This document shows, piece by piece, positions 44,927-53,515 of a stretch of 53,515 nt of DNA. A model generated the notes under the pieces. It saw nothing but the letters and a program-made list of their open reading frames with translations. It was not told where the DNA came from and made no database searches. A program made the position numbers and the translations under genes. Source of the DNA: Patescibacteria group bacterium (GTDB lineage Bacteria > Patescibacteriota > Microgenomatia > UBA10105 > UBA927); assembly GCA_038062895.1 (NCBI GenBank), contig JBBTWJ010000003.1, forward strand, positions 186,254 to 239,768. Direction: 5' to 3'. Each line of letters opens with the position of its first letter. Within the stretch, counting starts at the first letter, position 1.

Positions 44927-47900
44927 TTATTCCTCCTTGGGTGCTTCCCCGGCCGGCGCCTCGGGCGTCTCGACTGTGGCTTTTGCACCGCTGGCTTCTG
45001 CTAATTCTAATGCCTGTTTTTTAATTTTATCATCCGCTATCGGAGTGACTTGCTGTGTTGGGTCAGCCGCCGCTTGTGGTTTAGCGACTACAACACCGGT
45101 CGGAACAACGAGAAGTCCTAATGCCTGGAGTTCTTTGACTAACACCTTGAATGATTCCGGAACAGTAGAAGCCGGGATATCCATCCCTTTCACAATAGCC
45201 TCAAAGGCTTTGGCCCGTCCCACGACATCGTCAGATTTAATCGTAAGCATCTCCTGAAGGACATGTGCCGCGCGATGTGCTTCAAGCGCCCAGACTTCCA
45301 TCTCTCCCAACCGTTGTCCGCCCATTTGGGCTTTGCCTCCGAGCGGCTGTTGAGTAACCAGTGAATAAGGACCCGTAGAACGCGCATGCGTTTTATCCTC
45401 CACCATGTGGATGAGCTTCATGATATAACCAATTCCTACGACGATGGTTTCTTTGAACGCTTCACCGCTTCTGCCGTCAAAGAGCGTCGTCTTGCCATTG
45501 ACAGGAAGCTTGGCTTCTTTCAGCTTCTCAACGATATCCGCTTCGATGACTGGTTCAAATACCGGAAGAGCAATTTTCAAGTTAAGTTTTTTCGCAGCAA
45601 GCCCTAAATGAGATTCAAGAAGTTGCCCTAAATTCATACGGGAAAGAACCGATAGCGGTGAAATAATCAGATCCACCGTAGTCCCGTCGGCAAGATACGG
45701 CATATCTGCTTGCGGCACGATTTTACTGATGACTCCCTTGTTTCCATGACGTCCTGCGAGTTTATCTCCGACGACGACTTTACGCACTTGGGCCACCTTG
45801 ATGATAATTTTGCGGTTAGTCCCCGGCTCCAGTTCATCACCTGCTTCTTTATCCAAAATCTTCACTTCTATCACGGTTCCGCGCTCACCGTGTGGCATCC
45901 GTAGCGACGTATCGCGCACTTCGCGTGCTTTCTCTCCAAAAATTGCGCGAAGCAAGCGCTCTTCTGCGGTAAGCTCGGTCTCTCCTTTGGGAGCGATCTT
46001 TCCTACTAAAATATCATTGGGGGATACTTCCGCACCGACGACCACAATACCGTCTTCATCCAAATTTCGAAGTGCTTCTTCACCAACATTGGGGATATCC
46101 CGCGTCGTTTCCTCAATCCCCAGTTTGGTATCTACGACACTCGCTTCGTACTCTTCGATGTTGACGGAAGTCAGTAAATCTTCTTTAACGAGACGGTCAG
46201 AAATGACGATGGCATCTTCGTAGCCCAATCCGTCATAACTCATGTATGCGACCACCACATTGGTGCCGAGAGCAAGCTCTCCGTTTTCGCTCGACGGTCC
46301 ATCGATGAGGATGGTGTCCTTTTTGACCTTGTCGCCGGTTTTTACCGCTACATGCTGATTATAACAAGTTGATTGACTTGTCCGTTTAAATTTTTCAACG
46401 ACGTACGTCTCCTCCTGACCATCCTTCATCTTAATCATTACGGTACCCGCATCTGCATACGCGACGAGAGCGTCATCAGGAGCCCTCACGACACGACCCA
46501 TCGACATGGAAATTGCCGATTCCATTCCTGTTCCAATCGTTGGCGATTGCGGCGAAATAAGTGGAACAGCCTGTGATTGCATGTGGGTTCCCATAAGTGC
46601 GCGGTTGGCTTCATCATGTGCAAGAAATGGAATAAGCGATGCTGGTGCACCGACAACCTGTCTCGGGACTACATCGATAAGATCGACGAGCTTGGCATCC
46701 GCTTCCAAAAATTCTCCCTTATACCGGACTGGCACTCGCTCGTCAGTGATGTACCCTTGAGCATCCATGGCAATACTCGCGTGGGTCACATAATGATATT
46801 GCTCGTCATCGGCAGATATGTAGATGATCTGATCTGTCACACGGACGCGGGTAATCCCACCCTCTTCCACTTTTTCGACTTTCCGGTATGGGGATTCCAA
46901 AAATCCGTACTCATTGACCCGTGCATAGAGCGCCATATAGGTGACCAGACCGATATTGGGGCCTTCCGGACTTCGAATCGGACAAATACGACCATATTGG
47001 CTGGAATTAATATCACGAATCGAGAAGGATGCGCGCTCACGGCTGATTCCCCCGATTCCCATGACGGTCAAACGGCGGAGGTTATCTATTTCCGCAAGAG
47101 GATTGGTCTGATCCAGGATCGTGGAAAGCTGACTGGTACGAAAGAAGTCATTGACTGCAGCGATGATGGGGCGGGCATTCACCAACTGTGAGGGGGTAAG
47201 CTCTGTAGCGGCGGCTCCTGCTAAACTCATCTTCTCGCGGATCGAGCGCTCCAACCGAAGGAGTCCGACCCGGAATGCATTGGTCGCCACGAGTTCGCCA
47301 ACTCTTCGGACCCTGCGGTTGCCTAAGTGATCAATGTCATCCACATCGCCTTTGCCGTTGGCAAGCCCGATCAAATACTTGATGCTCCCGATAATGTCTT
47401 CTTTGGTCAGGACCCAATGTTCACGATCCAATGGCACGGAAACACCAAGCTTTTTGTTCATCTTATAGCGTCCTACGCGCTCCATGCTGTAGCGCCGGTA
47501 ATCAAAAAACATCGTGCGCAGAAGTTCCTGTGCGTTGTCCAAGACGATGGGTTCGCCGGGTCGGAGCTTTTTATAGAGTTCCAGTGTCGCTTCTACTTGC
47601 GACGTCGTTAAATCTTTCTTAAGCGTTGCATCGATAAACTGATGATCTTTATCCACGTCTGTATCGGCAAAGAGTTTGCGAATCTCTGCTTCATCCGAGA
47701 CCCCGATCGCACGCAAAAATGTCGTTGCCGGAAATTTGCGTCTGCGGTCTATCCGCACCATAAGGACATCATGACGTGTCATGGCAAACTCAAGCCAACT
47801 TCCATGAAGCGGACGGATTTCGGCCGTATAGAGGGTCCGACCTGTAGAAGGATCTACCTGACCGGTGAAGTAAATTCCCGGACTCCGGACGAGTTGATTG

Positions 47901-48295
47901 ACGACGCATCGCTCGATGCCATTGATGATGAAGGTTCCATTGGCCGTCATCGCGGGGATATCGCCTAAAAAGACTTCCTGCGTCACGCGGTGTCCGGTTT
48001 GCTTGTTCGTGAGCGTGGTCGTTACCTTTAGCGGCATGTCGAAGGTCAATCCTTTGTCCCGGGCAACTTCGCTCGTGAGTCTGGGTTTACCGAAGTAATA
48101 ATCGCCGAAGGAAAGTTCCCAATTTTTACCGGTAAAGTCTACGACAGGGGTCACTTCATCGAGAAGTTCGCGTATCCCGGTCTCCAGAAACCACTGGTAG
48201 GATTCGCGTTGCACTAACACTAGATCCAGAGGCGGCAAGTGCGTATAGACTTTTCCCCAGGAAACATGCTGAATAATGTCTTCGTCGTGTGCCAT
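44927..48295 (-). CDS. rpoB: DNA-directed RNA polymerase subunit beta
   Basis: 1122 aa with conserved beta motifs (..GRHGNKGV.S.I, ..MNLGQ..E.HLG). Confidence 0.97.
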   Translation of the reverse strand: MAHDEDIIQHVSWGKVYTHLPPLDLVLVQRESYQWFLETGIRELLDEVTPVVDFTGKNWELSFGDYYFGKPRLTSEVARDKGLTFDMPLKVTTTLTNKQTGHRVTQEVFLGDIPAMTANGTFIINGIERCVVNQLVRSPGIYFTGQVDPSTGRTLYTAEIRPLHGSWLEFAMTRHDVLMVRIDRRRKFPATTFLRAIGVSDEAEIRKLFADTDVDKDHQFIDATLKKDLTTSQVEATLELYKKLRPGEPIVLDNAQELLRTMFFDYRRYSMERVGRYKMNKKLGVSVPLDREHWVLTKEDIIGSIKYLIGLANGKGDVDDIDHLGNRRVRRVGELVATNAFRVGLLRLERSIREKMSLAGAAATELTPSQLVNARPIIAAVNDFFRTSQLSTILDQTNPLAEIDNLRRLTVMGIGGISRERASFSIRDINSSQYGRICPIRSPEGPNIGLVTYMALYARVNEYGFLESPYRKVEKVEEGGITRVRVTDQIIYISADDEQYHYVTHASIAMDAQGYITDERVPVRYKGEFLEADAKLVDLIDVVPRQVVGAPASLIPFLAHDEANRALMGTHMQSQAVPLISPQSPTIGTGMESAISMSMGRVVRAPDDALVAYADAGTVMIKMKDGQEETYVVEKFKRTSQSTCYNQHVAVKTGDKVKKDTILIDGPSSENGELALGTNVVVAYMSYDGLGYEDAIVISDRLVKEDLLTSVNIEEYEASVVDTKLGIEETTRDIPNVGEEALRNLDEDGIVVVGAEVSPNDILVGKIAPKGETELTAEERLLRAIFGEKAREVRDTSLRMPHGERGTVIEVKILDKEAGDELEPGTNRKIIIKVAQVRKVVVGDKLAGRHGNKGVISKIVPQADMPYLADGTTVDLIISPLSVLSRMNLGQLLESHLGLAAKKLNLKIALPVFEPVIEADIVEKLKEAKLPVNGKTTLFDGRSGEAFKETIVVGIGYIMKLIHMVEDKTHARSTGPYSLVTQQPLGGKAQMGGQRLGEMEVWALEAHRAAHVLQEMLTIKSDDVVGRAKAFEAIVKGMDIPASTVPESFKVLVKELQALGLLVVPTGVVVAKPQAAADPTQQVTPIADDKIKKQALELAEASGAKATVETPEAPAGEAPKEE

Positions 48296-48384
48296 CGGAT
48301 AATTCCCCTCAGAGCCTTATTAGTGAACAACAAAAAGAAGCGAACAATGAACGTTCGCCTCTCTCGGGCTATTGAAGTTTCTTT

Positions 48385-48412
48385 ATTATAGTGATCTTTT
48401 GGCCGATGTCAA
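48385..48412 (-). promoter_or_regulatory. consensus sigma70-type promoter for rpoBC (TTGACA-N16-TATAAT)
   Basis: Minus strand reads GGTATTGACATCGGCCAAAAGATCACTATAATAAAG, just downstream of the dus stop and ~90 nt upstream of the rpoB ATG. Confidence 0.6.
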
Positions 48413-48425
48413 TACCCCGCGTGTA

Positions 48426-49385
48426 TTATTCCAAGTGCAGCCTGATAAGCGCTTCGACTTCCGAAAAATTTTTAATCTCCATGAGCTTCTTCATGAGTGT
48501 CGTTGCCCCGGGAAACGCCCGCACATAGATTTTAAAGTATTTTTTTATCGCCACAAACCGGCGTTCCCCGGGATAGGTATCGGTGTAAAGCTTGGCGTGC
48601 TTGAGCAATAGGTTAAGCGACTCGCTCCCTGTATGCTCTTTAGGTGTTTTTTCAAATACCCATGCATTTTGGAAAATTCCGGTCCCGATCATCACTCCAT
48701 CCACGCCATACATCGCGTGGACGTTCTTGGCTTGTTCCCGACTTAGGATATCTCCATTGCCAATCATCACCGTGTCCGGAGCATATTGATCCCGAAGTGC
48801 CACTGCCTTGCCGATCTCATCCCAGTGCGCGGGAACTCTGGACAACTCTTTGGCCGTCCTCCCGTGGATGGTAATCGCGTCCAGATGCTGATCAAGCAAA
48901 AAACGGATCCAATCTTCCGTCACGATCGTCTTCACTCCAAGGCGCGTCTTCACGCTCACAGCTAGTCCCGGCGCTCCCTCCTTGACCGCAGCAATCATGG
49001 CCGCTGCAAGCGTAGGATTGTTGATAAGCGCCGACCCGCATCCCATCTTCATCACATCTTTGACGGGACAGCCCATATTGATATCGATACCGTCAAATCC
49101 TAAATCCTTCACCAATTTGGCGACGGTAACAAAATTCTTTGGCTCCGTCCCCCATATGTGGGCAATGATCGGATGCTGCTTGGCGGCGTAGCGAAACCGC
49201 GGAATGGTCTTTTCATACCCACGAGAACAAAGTGCCTCTGTGTTGGTAAACTCCGTAAACATAACGTCGGGCTTGGCGATCCCGGTGATGATTTCCCGGA
49301 ACACATAGTCCGTCACCCCATCCATGGGAGCCAACGCGAGAAATGGTTGTTGTTGGGTAGCAAGCTGTTGCCAAAAATTTGCCAT
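48426..49385 (-). CDS. dus: tRNA-dihydrouridine synthase
   Basis: LAPMDGVTD start, TIM-barrel Dus motifs (..DIN.GCP, ..TIHGRT). Confidence 0.88.
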   Translation of the reverse strand: MANFWQQLATQQQPFLALAPMDGVTDYVFREIITGIAKPDVMFTEFTNTEALCSRGYEKTIPRFRYAAKQHPIIAHIWGTEPKNFVTVAKLVKDLGFDGIDINMGCPVKDVMKMGCGSALINNPTLAAAMIAAVKEGAPGLAVSVKTRLGVKTIVTEDWIRFLLDQHLDAITIHGRTAKELSRVPAHWDEIGKAVALRDQYAPDTVMIGNGDILSREQAKNVHAMYGVDGVMIGTGIFQNAWVFEKTPKEHTGSESLNLLLKHAKLYTDTYPGERRFVAIKKYFKIYVRAFPGATTLMKKLMEIKNFSEVEALIRLHLE

Positions 49386-49399
49386 GGGGGTATTTTACA

Positions 49400-49759
49400 T
49401 CAAAATCCCTCGATCCCCTGAAGTTGTTGTCCCACCTGACTATTAATGGTGTTAACCAGAGAGACGGTATACTGGGCTGCGACAATCATGGTGACCACCG
49501 AAAGAATCATGGCCACGATCCCCACAATTTTGGCCTTCTCGTCGTTCTCCCGCAGGTACCGCAAGCCCCAGATCAACCCCATCGGAGTCAAAAAGACGCT
49601 TCCCAGATAGAGCTTCATCTGGTCTACGGGCCCTGTCCCGGGAGGGGCAGCATGGAGATTCTTCCCGCAATTAAAGCAAAAATAATCCGTCGGCCGCACG
49701 GCAACGTGACACCCCGGACACACAAGCATTTCATCCATATTTTCATTGTACACCATCAA
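49400..49759 (-). CDS. zinc-ribbon plus two-TM membrane protein
   Basis: CPGC....FCFNCG zinc ribbon followed by hydrophobic helices. Confidence 0.6.
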   Translation of the reverse strand: MMVYNENMDEMLVCPGCHVAVRPTDYFCFNCGKNLHAAPPGTGPVDQMKLYLGSVFLTPMGLIWGLRYLRENDEKAKIVGIVAMILSVVTMIVAAQYTVSLVNTINSQVGQQLQGIEGF

Positions 49760-49794
49760 AAAAACAGCGCCATCGATGCTATACTGTACGTACG

Positions 49795-50427
49795 ATGGAT
49801 GCCACCCGTCCTTACCATTTTTTCTTTTTTATTGGATTCCTGACGCTCTTGGTTTTACGCTTCGGTCAGGTGAAATTTACGCGTCCGTTCACTCCGCAGT
49901 CATCTTCTTTTACGCTGGCCCCTCCCGCACAAGCGGTCTGGGGCACGCTCACAGTCACCTACGGGAGGGCGGATATGTTGACCCGGACCGCACCGGACTA
50001 CGAAGAAGCTTCAACCGGAGCCAAGATTCTCATCGGTGAATCCGTAGCCACCAAAGAATATTCTGCTGCCACGGTGTGGGTGAGCGACATCGTCACGGCC
50101 GTTTTGGGATCCAAAACGGAACTGGTATTTGCCAATCTTTTTGCCGACAATATGCTGCTCATCCAAAAAGCAGGACAAAGCACCTATACGGTAGCCCCCG
50201 GCAAACACGTCAGCATACGGGCGCTGCATGCGCTCATTGCGCTCGAATCCGGAATAACGACGATTACTCTAAACGGCACGAATCTATCCGTCGCCACCAA
50301 CACAGGATCGGCCGCGATCGCCCTCGTGGATATGGACAACATGACGCGCGTATGGAATCTGGGGTCAGGCCAAAGCGCCGCGGTAGACGACACAACGCGT
50401 GAAGTACGCCTAGTAGGTAAATGGTAA
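49795..50427 (+). CDS. membrane-anchored hypothetical protein
   Basis: N-terminal TM helix and beta-rich remainder. Family not recognised. Confidence 0.45.
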   Translation: MDATRPYHFFFFIGFLTLLVLRFGQVKFTRPFTPQSSSFTLAPPAQAVWGTLTVTYGRADMLTRTAPDYEEASTGAKILIGESVATKEYSAATVWVSDIVTAVLGSKTELVFANLFADNMLLIQKAGQSTYTVAPGKHVSIRALHALIALESGITTITLNGTNLSVATNTGSAAIALVDMDNMTRVWNLGSGQSAAVDDTTREVRLVGKW

Positions 50428-51615
50428 CGCGTAGGATTTTTTGTATTCCTCAAGCGGCCGGAGTATCGTACTGTCTTCGTATCCCAGCGCCCAGAGCGCC
50501 ACACCCCCAAGGTGATATTTTTTCGCAAGAAGTATTTTTTCCTTCATGGAATCCTCGTTTTCATAATAAATTTGATGAAAATAATCGTTCTCCCGATAGA
50601 TAAGGTATGGTTCTTTGGCCACCGAATCTAGAGATGCAGAACACGTGGCACACGTCTCTAATAGATCGGCGATGCGTCTGGTACTTGCCGTGGATCCCCC
50701 ACCCGGAATGGTTGCCGATTCCGGGGCAATCCCTATGGTCTCCCACTCATATCCATACAAGGGAATACCCAATAGTATTTTATCCTTTGGAATTACTTTC
50801 AGCGCTTCTTGCACAGCCGTTTCCACGTCAAACTCCAGCGTTTCACCGGCTCCCCCCACCGGGGCGACGGCGCCCGTTGTCAGAGATCCCAAGTAGTGAT
50901 AATCATAGGTCATGAGGATGATGGTGTCAGCAATTGCCCCCAATGCCCGGGCGTCATACAGTTTGGGTTTGACCAGCGCTATGGGGATGAGATCAATAGT
51001 CAGTGTCCCTAAATTCTGTGCGACCAATTCATCTTTGACGGTTTGGACAAACCGGGTAAATTGCAATTGACTACTCGGTGACCCTTCCATAAACGTCTCG
51101 ATATCCAGATTCAAATCCGTAAAGCCGTTGTCTCTCATGATCGGTGCCGCTTCGAATACTAAATTCTTGGCGGCTACTTCGGGCTGGACAAGCATCGCGC
51201 GTATGGCGTCATCATCCCCGCTTACGACCAAAAGGGATTGTTTCAGATGATTCTTTTTCCCTTCCGCAAGAACTGTGCGGTATGTATCCCCCTTGAGATT
51301 CGTCCATCCCGGTTCTTCTTCTTTGGGATTAGCAAGTTTCACGAGACTCCCATCTCCGGCAACCATCAACCCAAAATACGTAAGCGTGGTGATGGAGGAC
51401 GCATAATGTTTATCAGCTTTTGTCAGCAGCCAGTAGGGCAAAAATCCGACGATTTGCGGCTTGTGGATGCCAAATGTCGTAAGGATCGAATTATCAAAGC
51501 GTAAGGGGCTCACCGCAAGCATCAGGAAACATCCGGCGGCGGCCAGGACCCCTGCCACACAAAAAATAATGGAAAAAAAGAACATTCGAAGCATTGTCCC
51601 CATTGTATCACGCAA
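50410..51615 (-). CDS. glycoside hydrolase family 18-like protein (membrane-anchored)
   Basis: GFTDLNLDIE (DxxDxDxE-like) and MTYDYH motifs. Confidence 0.75.
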   Translation of the reverse strand: MRDTMGTMLRMFFFSIIFCVAGVLAAAGCFLMLAVSPLRFDNSILTTFGIHKPQIVGFLPYWLLTKADKHYASSITTLTYFGLMVAGDGSLVKLANPKEEEPGWTNLKGDTYRTVLAEGKKNHLKQSLLVVSGDDDAIRAMLVQPEVAAKNLVFEAAPIMRDNGFTDLNLDIETFMEGSPSSQLQFTRFVQTVKDELVAQNLGTLTIDLIPIALVKPKLYDARALGAIADTIILMTYDYHYLGSLTTGAVAPVGGAGETLEFDVETAVQEALKVIPKDKILLGIPLYGYEWETIGIAPESATIPGGGSTASTRRIADLLETCATCSASLDSVAKEPYLIYRENDYFHQIYYENEDSMKEKILLAKKYHLGGVALWALGYEDSTILRPLEEYKKSYALPFTY

Positions 51616-51648
51616 AAAATCCTCATACCCAGAAGCAACTCCGTCTTT

Positions 51649-52287
51649 TTATGGATGAAATCGCTCCAACGCTTCTTGAAGTGCCTGGTGGATGAGTGAT
51701 TCCAGTTTTATAAAATCGCCATCGTCTGCCCTCTGCATGGCGATAATATACCTAATCCTATCCATTTTTGTTTCTGCTTTTATTTCTATTGGCGGAAGAT
51801 TCAGATTCAGAAGGATAAGAATTGTGATCATGCGAGCGATTCTACCGTTATAGTCCTGAAACGGATGAATAAAAACCAGCCCATGTTGAAACCAAGCCAA
51901 GAGATTAGTTACCTCCACGATAAATGCTTCTCCTGTGGGATTGGGCAATTGTCGGAGTCGCTCATCCAAATCTCTACAAAGATTTGTCATAAGTTCCGGC
52001 AGCTGATAATACGGCGCAGCTTCTTTGCCGGAATATGTTACCTGGATCTTTCTGTACTTCCCTGCCCAATCAGGAAAAATCCAACCAAAAGCAACGCCAT
52101 GAAGTACACAAATAAACTGTGGCGTAATTGCAACGCTTTTCTGTTGTTGCATCACGTCATGTAAATACATGAGTCCCCGCTTTGTTCCTTCAATTTCAAG
52201 CTGAAGTAATTTTGAACGAGGAATGATACCAAATGCAGTTTCTTTATATGAGGTTGCGCCTTTCGGCTTCGTCGTCATTGTTCCCAT
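51649..52287 (-). CDS. fic: Fic family protein
   Basis: HPFQDYNGRIAR matches the Fic motif HPFx(D/E)GNGR. Confidence 0.85.
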   Translation of the reverse strand: MGTMTTKPKGATSYKETAFGIIPRSKLLQLEIEGTKRGLMYLHDVMQQQKSVAITPQFICVLHGVAFGWIFPDWAGKYRKIQVTYSGKEAAPYYQLPELMTNLCRDLDERLRQLPNPTGEAFIVEVTNLLAWFQHGLVFIHPFQDYNGRIARMITILILLNLNLPPIEIKAETKMDRIRYIIAMQRADDGDFIKLESLIHQALQEALERFHP

Positions 52288-52290
52288 GTA

Positions 52291-52560
52291 TTATTTGAAT
52301 AAGGAGGTAACCATTCGTCGGGTTACATGCTCCCCCTCGAGGCGGGTGGTGCGATAAATAATCTCCGGCATAAATACACGCAAAAACCCCAATACGCTAT
52401 GTTTACTCATATTGGTTTTGCGGTATTTTTTGTACGAAGCATTCAATCTCGATTGTTGTTTTATGCTCATAGTACGATGAGTATACCAAATGTTTACCCT
52501 CTTTGCTTGAGACATAAAATGGCCTGAAGTTTTGTTGTTCTTTTTGCACTTTTGTTTCAT
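52291..52560 (-). CDS. small protein upstream of fic carrying a (S/T)xxxE(G/N) inhibitory-helix motif (candidate Fic antitoxin, start uncertain)
   Basis: C-terminal ..IIYRTTRLEGEH.. Stop lies 3 nt before the fic ATG. Confidence 0.5.
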   Translation of the reverse strand: MKQKCKKNNKTSGHFMSQAKRVNIWYTHRTMSIKQQSRLNASYKKYRKTNMSKHSVLGFLRVFMPEIIYRTTRLEGEHVTRRMVTSLFK

Positions 52561-53046
52561 ACTGGAAGTAATATGAAAAACCTGCTCAAACTCACGGTCT
52601 CCATCGTCGTCTGTGAGTTGGTCGGTATCCTCAGTACGCCATTTACTCTAGCCGCCATTCCAGGTTGGTACGCTACGCTCGTCAAGCCTCCCTTTTCCCC
52701 TCCTAACTGGGTCTTTGGTCCCGTCTGGACCTTGCTCTATATGATGATGGGCGTATCGTTCTTTCTTATCTGGCAATTAGGCTGGAAGAAGAAAAAGGTA
52801 AAAGTAGCAGGGTATTATTTCGGGGCACAGCTGGCACTCAATTTCCTCTGGTCCATCGCGTTTTTTGGGCTTCGCTCCCCGATCCTGGGACTGGTCACCA
52901 TCGTAGTCCTCCTGGCCCTCATCATCCTAACCATGAAACACTTCTCCCCTCTCTCGCGCGTTGCCTTTTATCTCCTGGTCCCCTATCTCCTCTGGGTCAC
53001 CTTTGCGACCATCCTCAATGGATCAATCGTGGTGCTCAATAGATAA
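52552..53046 (+). CDS. tspO: TspO/MBR family tryptophan-rich sensory protein
   Basis: KPPFSPPNWVFGPVWTLLY motif, 5 TM segments. Start possibly MKNLL at 52573. Confidence 0.88.
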   Translation: MFHTGSNMKNLLKLTVSIVVCELVGILSTPFTLAAIPGWYATLVKPPFSPPNWVFGPVWTLLYMMMGVSFFLIWQLGWKKKKVKVAGYYFGAQLALNFLWSIAFFGLRSPILGLVTIVVLLALIILTMKHFSPLSRVAFYLLVPYLLWVTFATILNGSIVVLNR

Positions 53047-53131
53047 TTCATCCGCCTGATCCTGCCCGATCTCAAAAAGCGTTCAAAAAAATAGGGGTTT
53101 ATTGAGGATAATTTGAGAATTCGAAAGCCTA

Positions 53132-53404
53132 TTATCGTATCTGAATTGCCAACCTGGAACCGAGTGCTTGGGTAATTTTCTCAAGAAAACCAATAGTCGG
53201 ATTAGCGTGACCCGATTCTAGCCGGGCGATGGCTTCCTGTTTAGTGCCTATTTTTTTAGCAAGCGCCTCCTGTGTAAACCCAGAGCGTAACCGTGCCTCA
53301 AGTAACTGAGAAATGAGCTGATAACGGGGCTCTAACTTTTTATACTCCACAAGAACGTCTTTATTTTTGAGTAATTCCCCTTTGAGGGTTTTCCAATCTT
53401 TCAT
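53132..53404 (-). CDS. XRE-family HTH protein (antitoxin-like)
   Basis: GFTQEALAKKIGTKQEAIARLESG HTH. Confidence 0.75.
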   Translation of the reverse strand: MKDWKTLKGELLKNKDVLVEYKKLEPRYQLISQLLEARLRSGFTQEALAKKIGTKQEAIARLESGHANPTIGFLEKITQALGSRLAIQIR

Positions 53405-53515
53405 AGTGTTTAAAAGATAACATATATGTTATATCCTGTCAATGCTCACCGTACTTCGCGCCGTAAACGGTACGATACATTTTGTGCATTGTGTTAAACA
53501 ACCAATACTCAAGGG

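Noticed and set aside
41551-48098. Numerous plus-strand ORFs inside rpoC and rpoB (e.g. 43763-44287, 46577-47191, 45798-46223)
   Set aside because: They are antisense shadows of the 1261-aa and 1122-aa RNA polymerase subunit genes and show no independent motifs.

Overview
53.5-kb window dominated by the minus-strand core information-processing cluster of a small-genome bacterium. The r-protein cluster has no room for rpmD (L30) between rpsE and rplO, which fits a CPR/Patescibacteria-like organism. Order on the minus strand is dus | rpoB-rpoC-rpsL-rpsG | ~15.8-kb accessory island | fusA-tuf-orf111-rpsJ...rplQ (S10/spc/alpha operons, including secY, adk, cmk, map, infA, rpmJ, rpoA)-rplM-rpsI. 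The island (24.5-40.3 kb) splits the normally contiguous rpsG-fusA junction. It encodes copper homeostasis (copZ-like, permease-cupredoxin fusion, csoR, cupredoxin protein, copA), an uncharacterised Cys-rich trio apparently co-transcribed with copA, several extracytoplasmic thiol-disulfide modules (VKOR, DsbA-like, thioredoxin-like, DipZ-like), plus a Crp/Fnr regulator, SDR, flavodoxin and an AlkA-like glycosylase. The window edges carry GIY-YIG and SNase-like nucleases, a GH18 hydrolase, a Fic module with a candidate antitoxin, TspO and XRE regulators. The most unusual feature is non-coding: almost every intergenic spacer over ~30 nt holds a repeat or hairpin element from a recurring family. 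The standout is a 131-154 bp inverted-repeat element in nine copies. Each copy ends exactly on the start codon of the downstream gene, is always co-oriented with that gene, and is flanked by ATG on both sides. A small REP-like palindrome (5 copies) is inserted in-frame in two CDSs. No rRNA, tRNA, CRISPR array or transposase/integrase gene was recognised.
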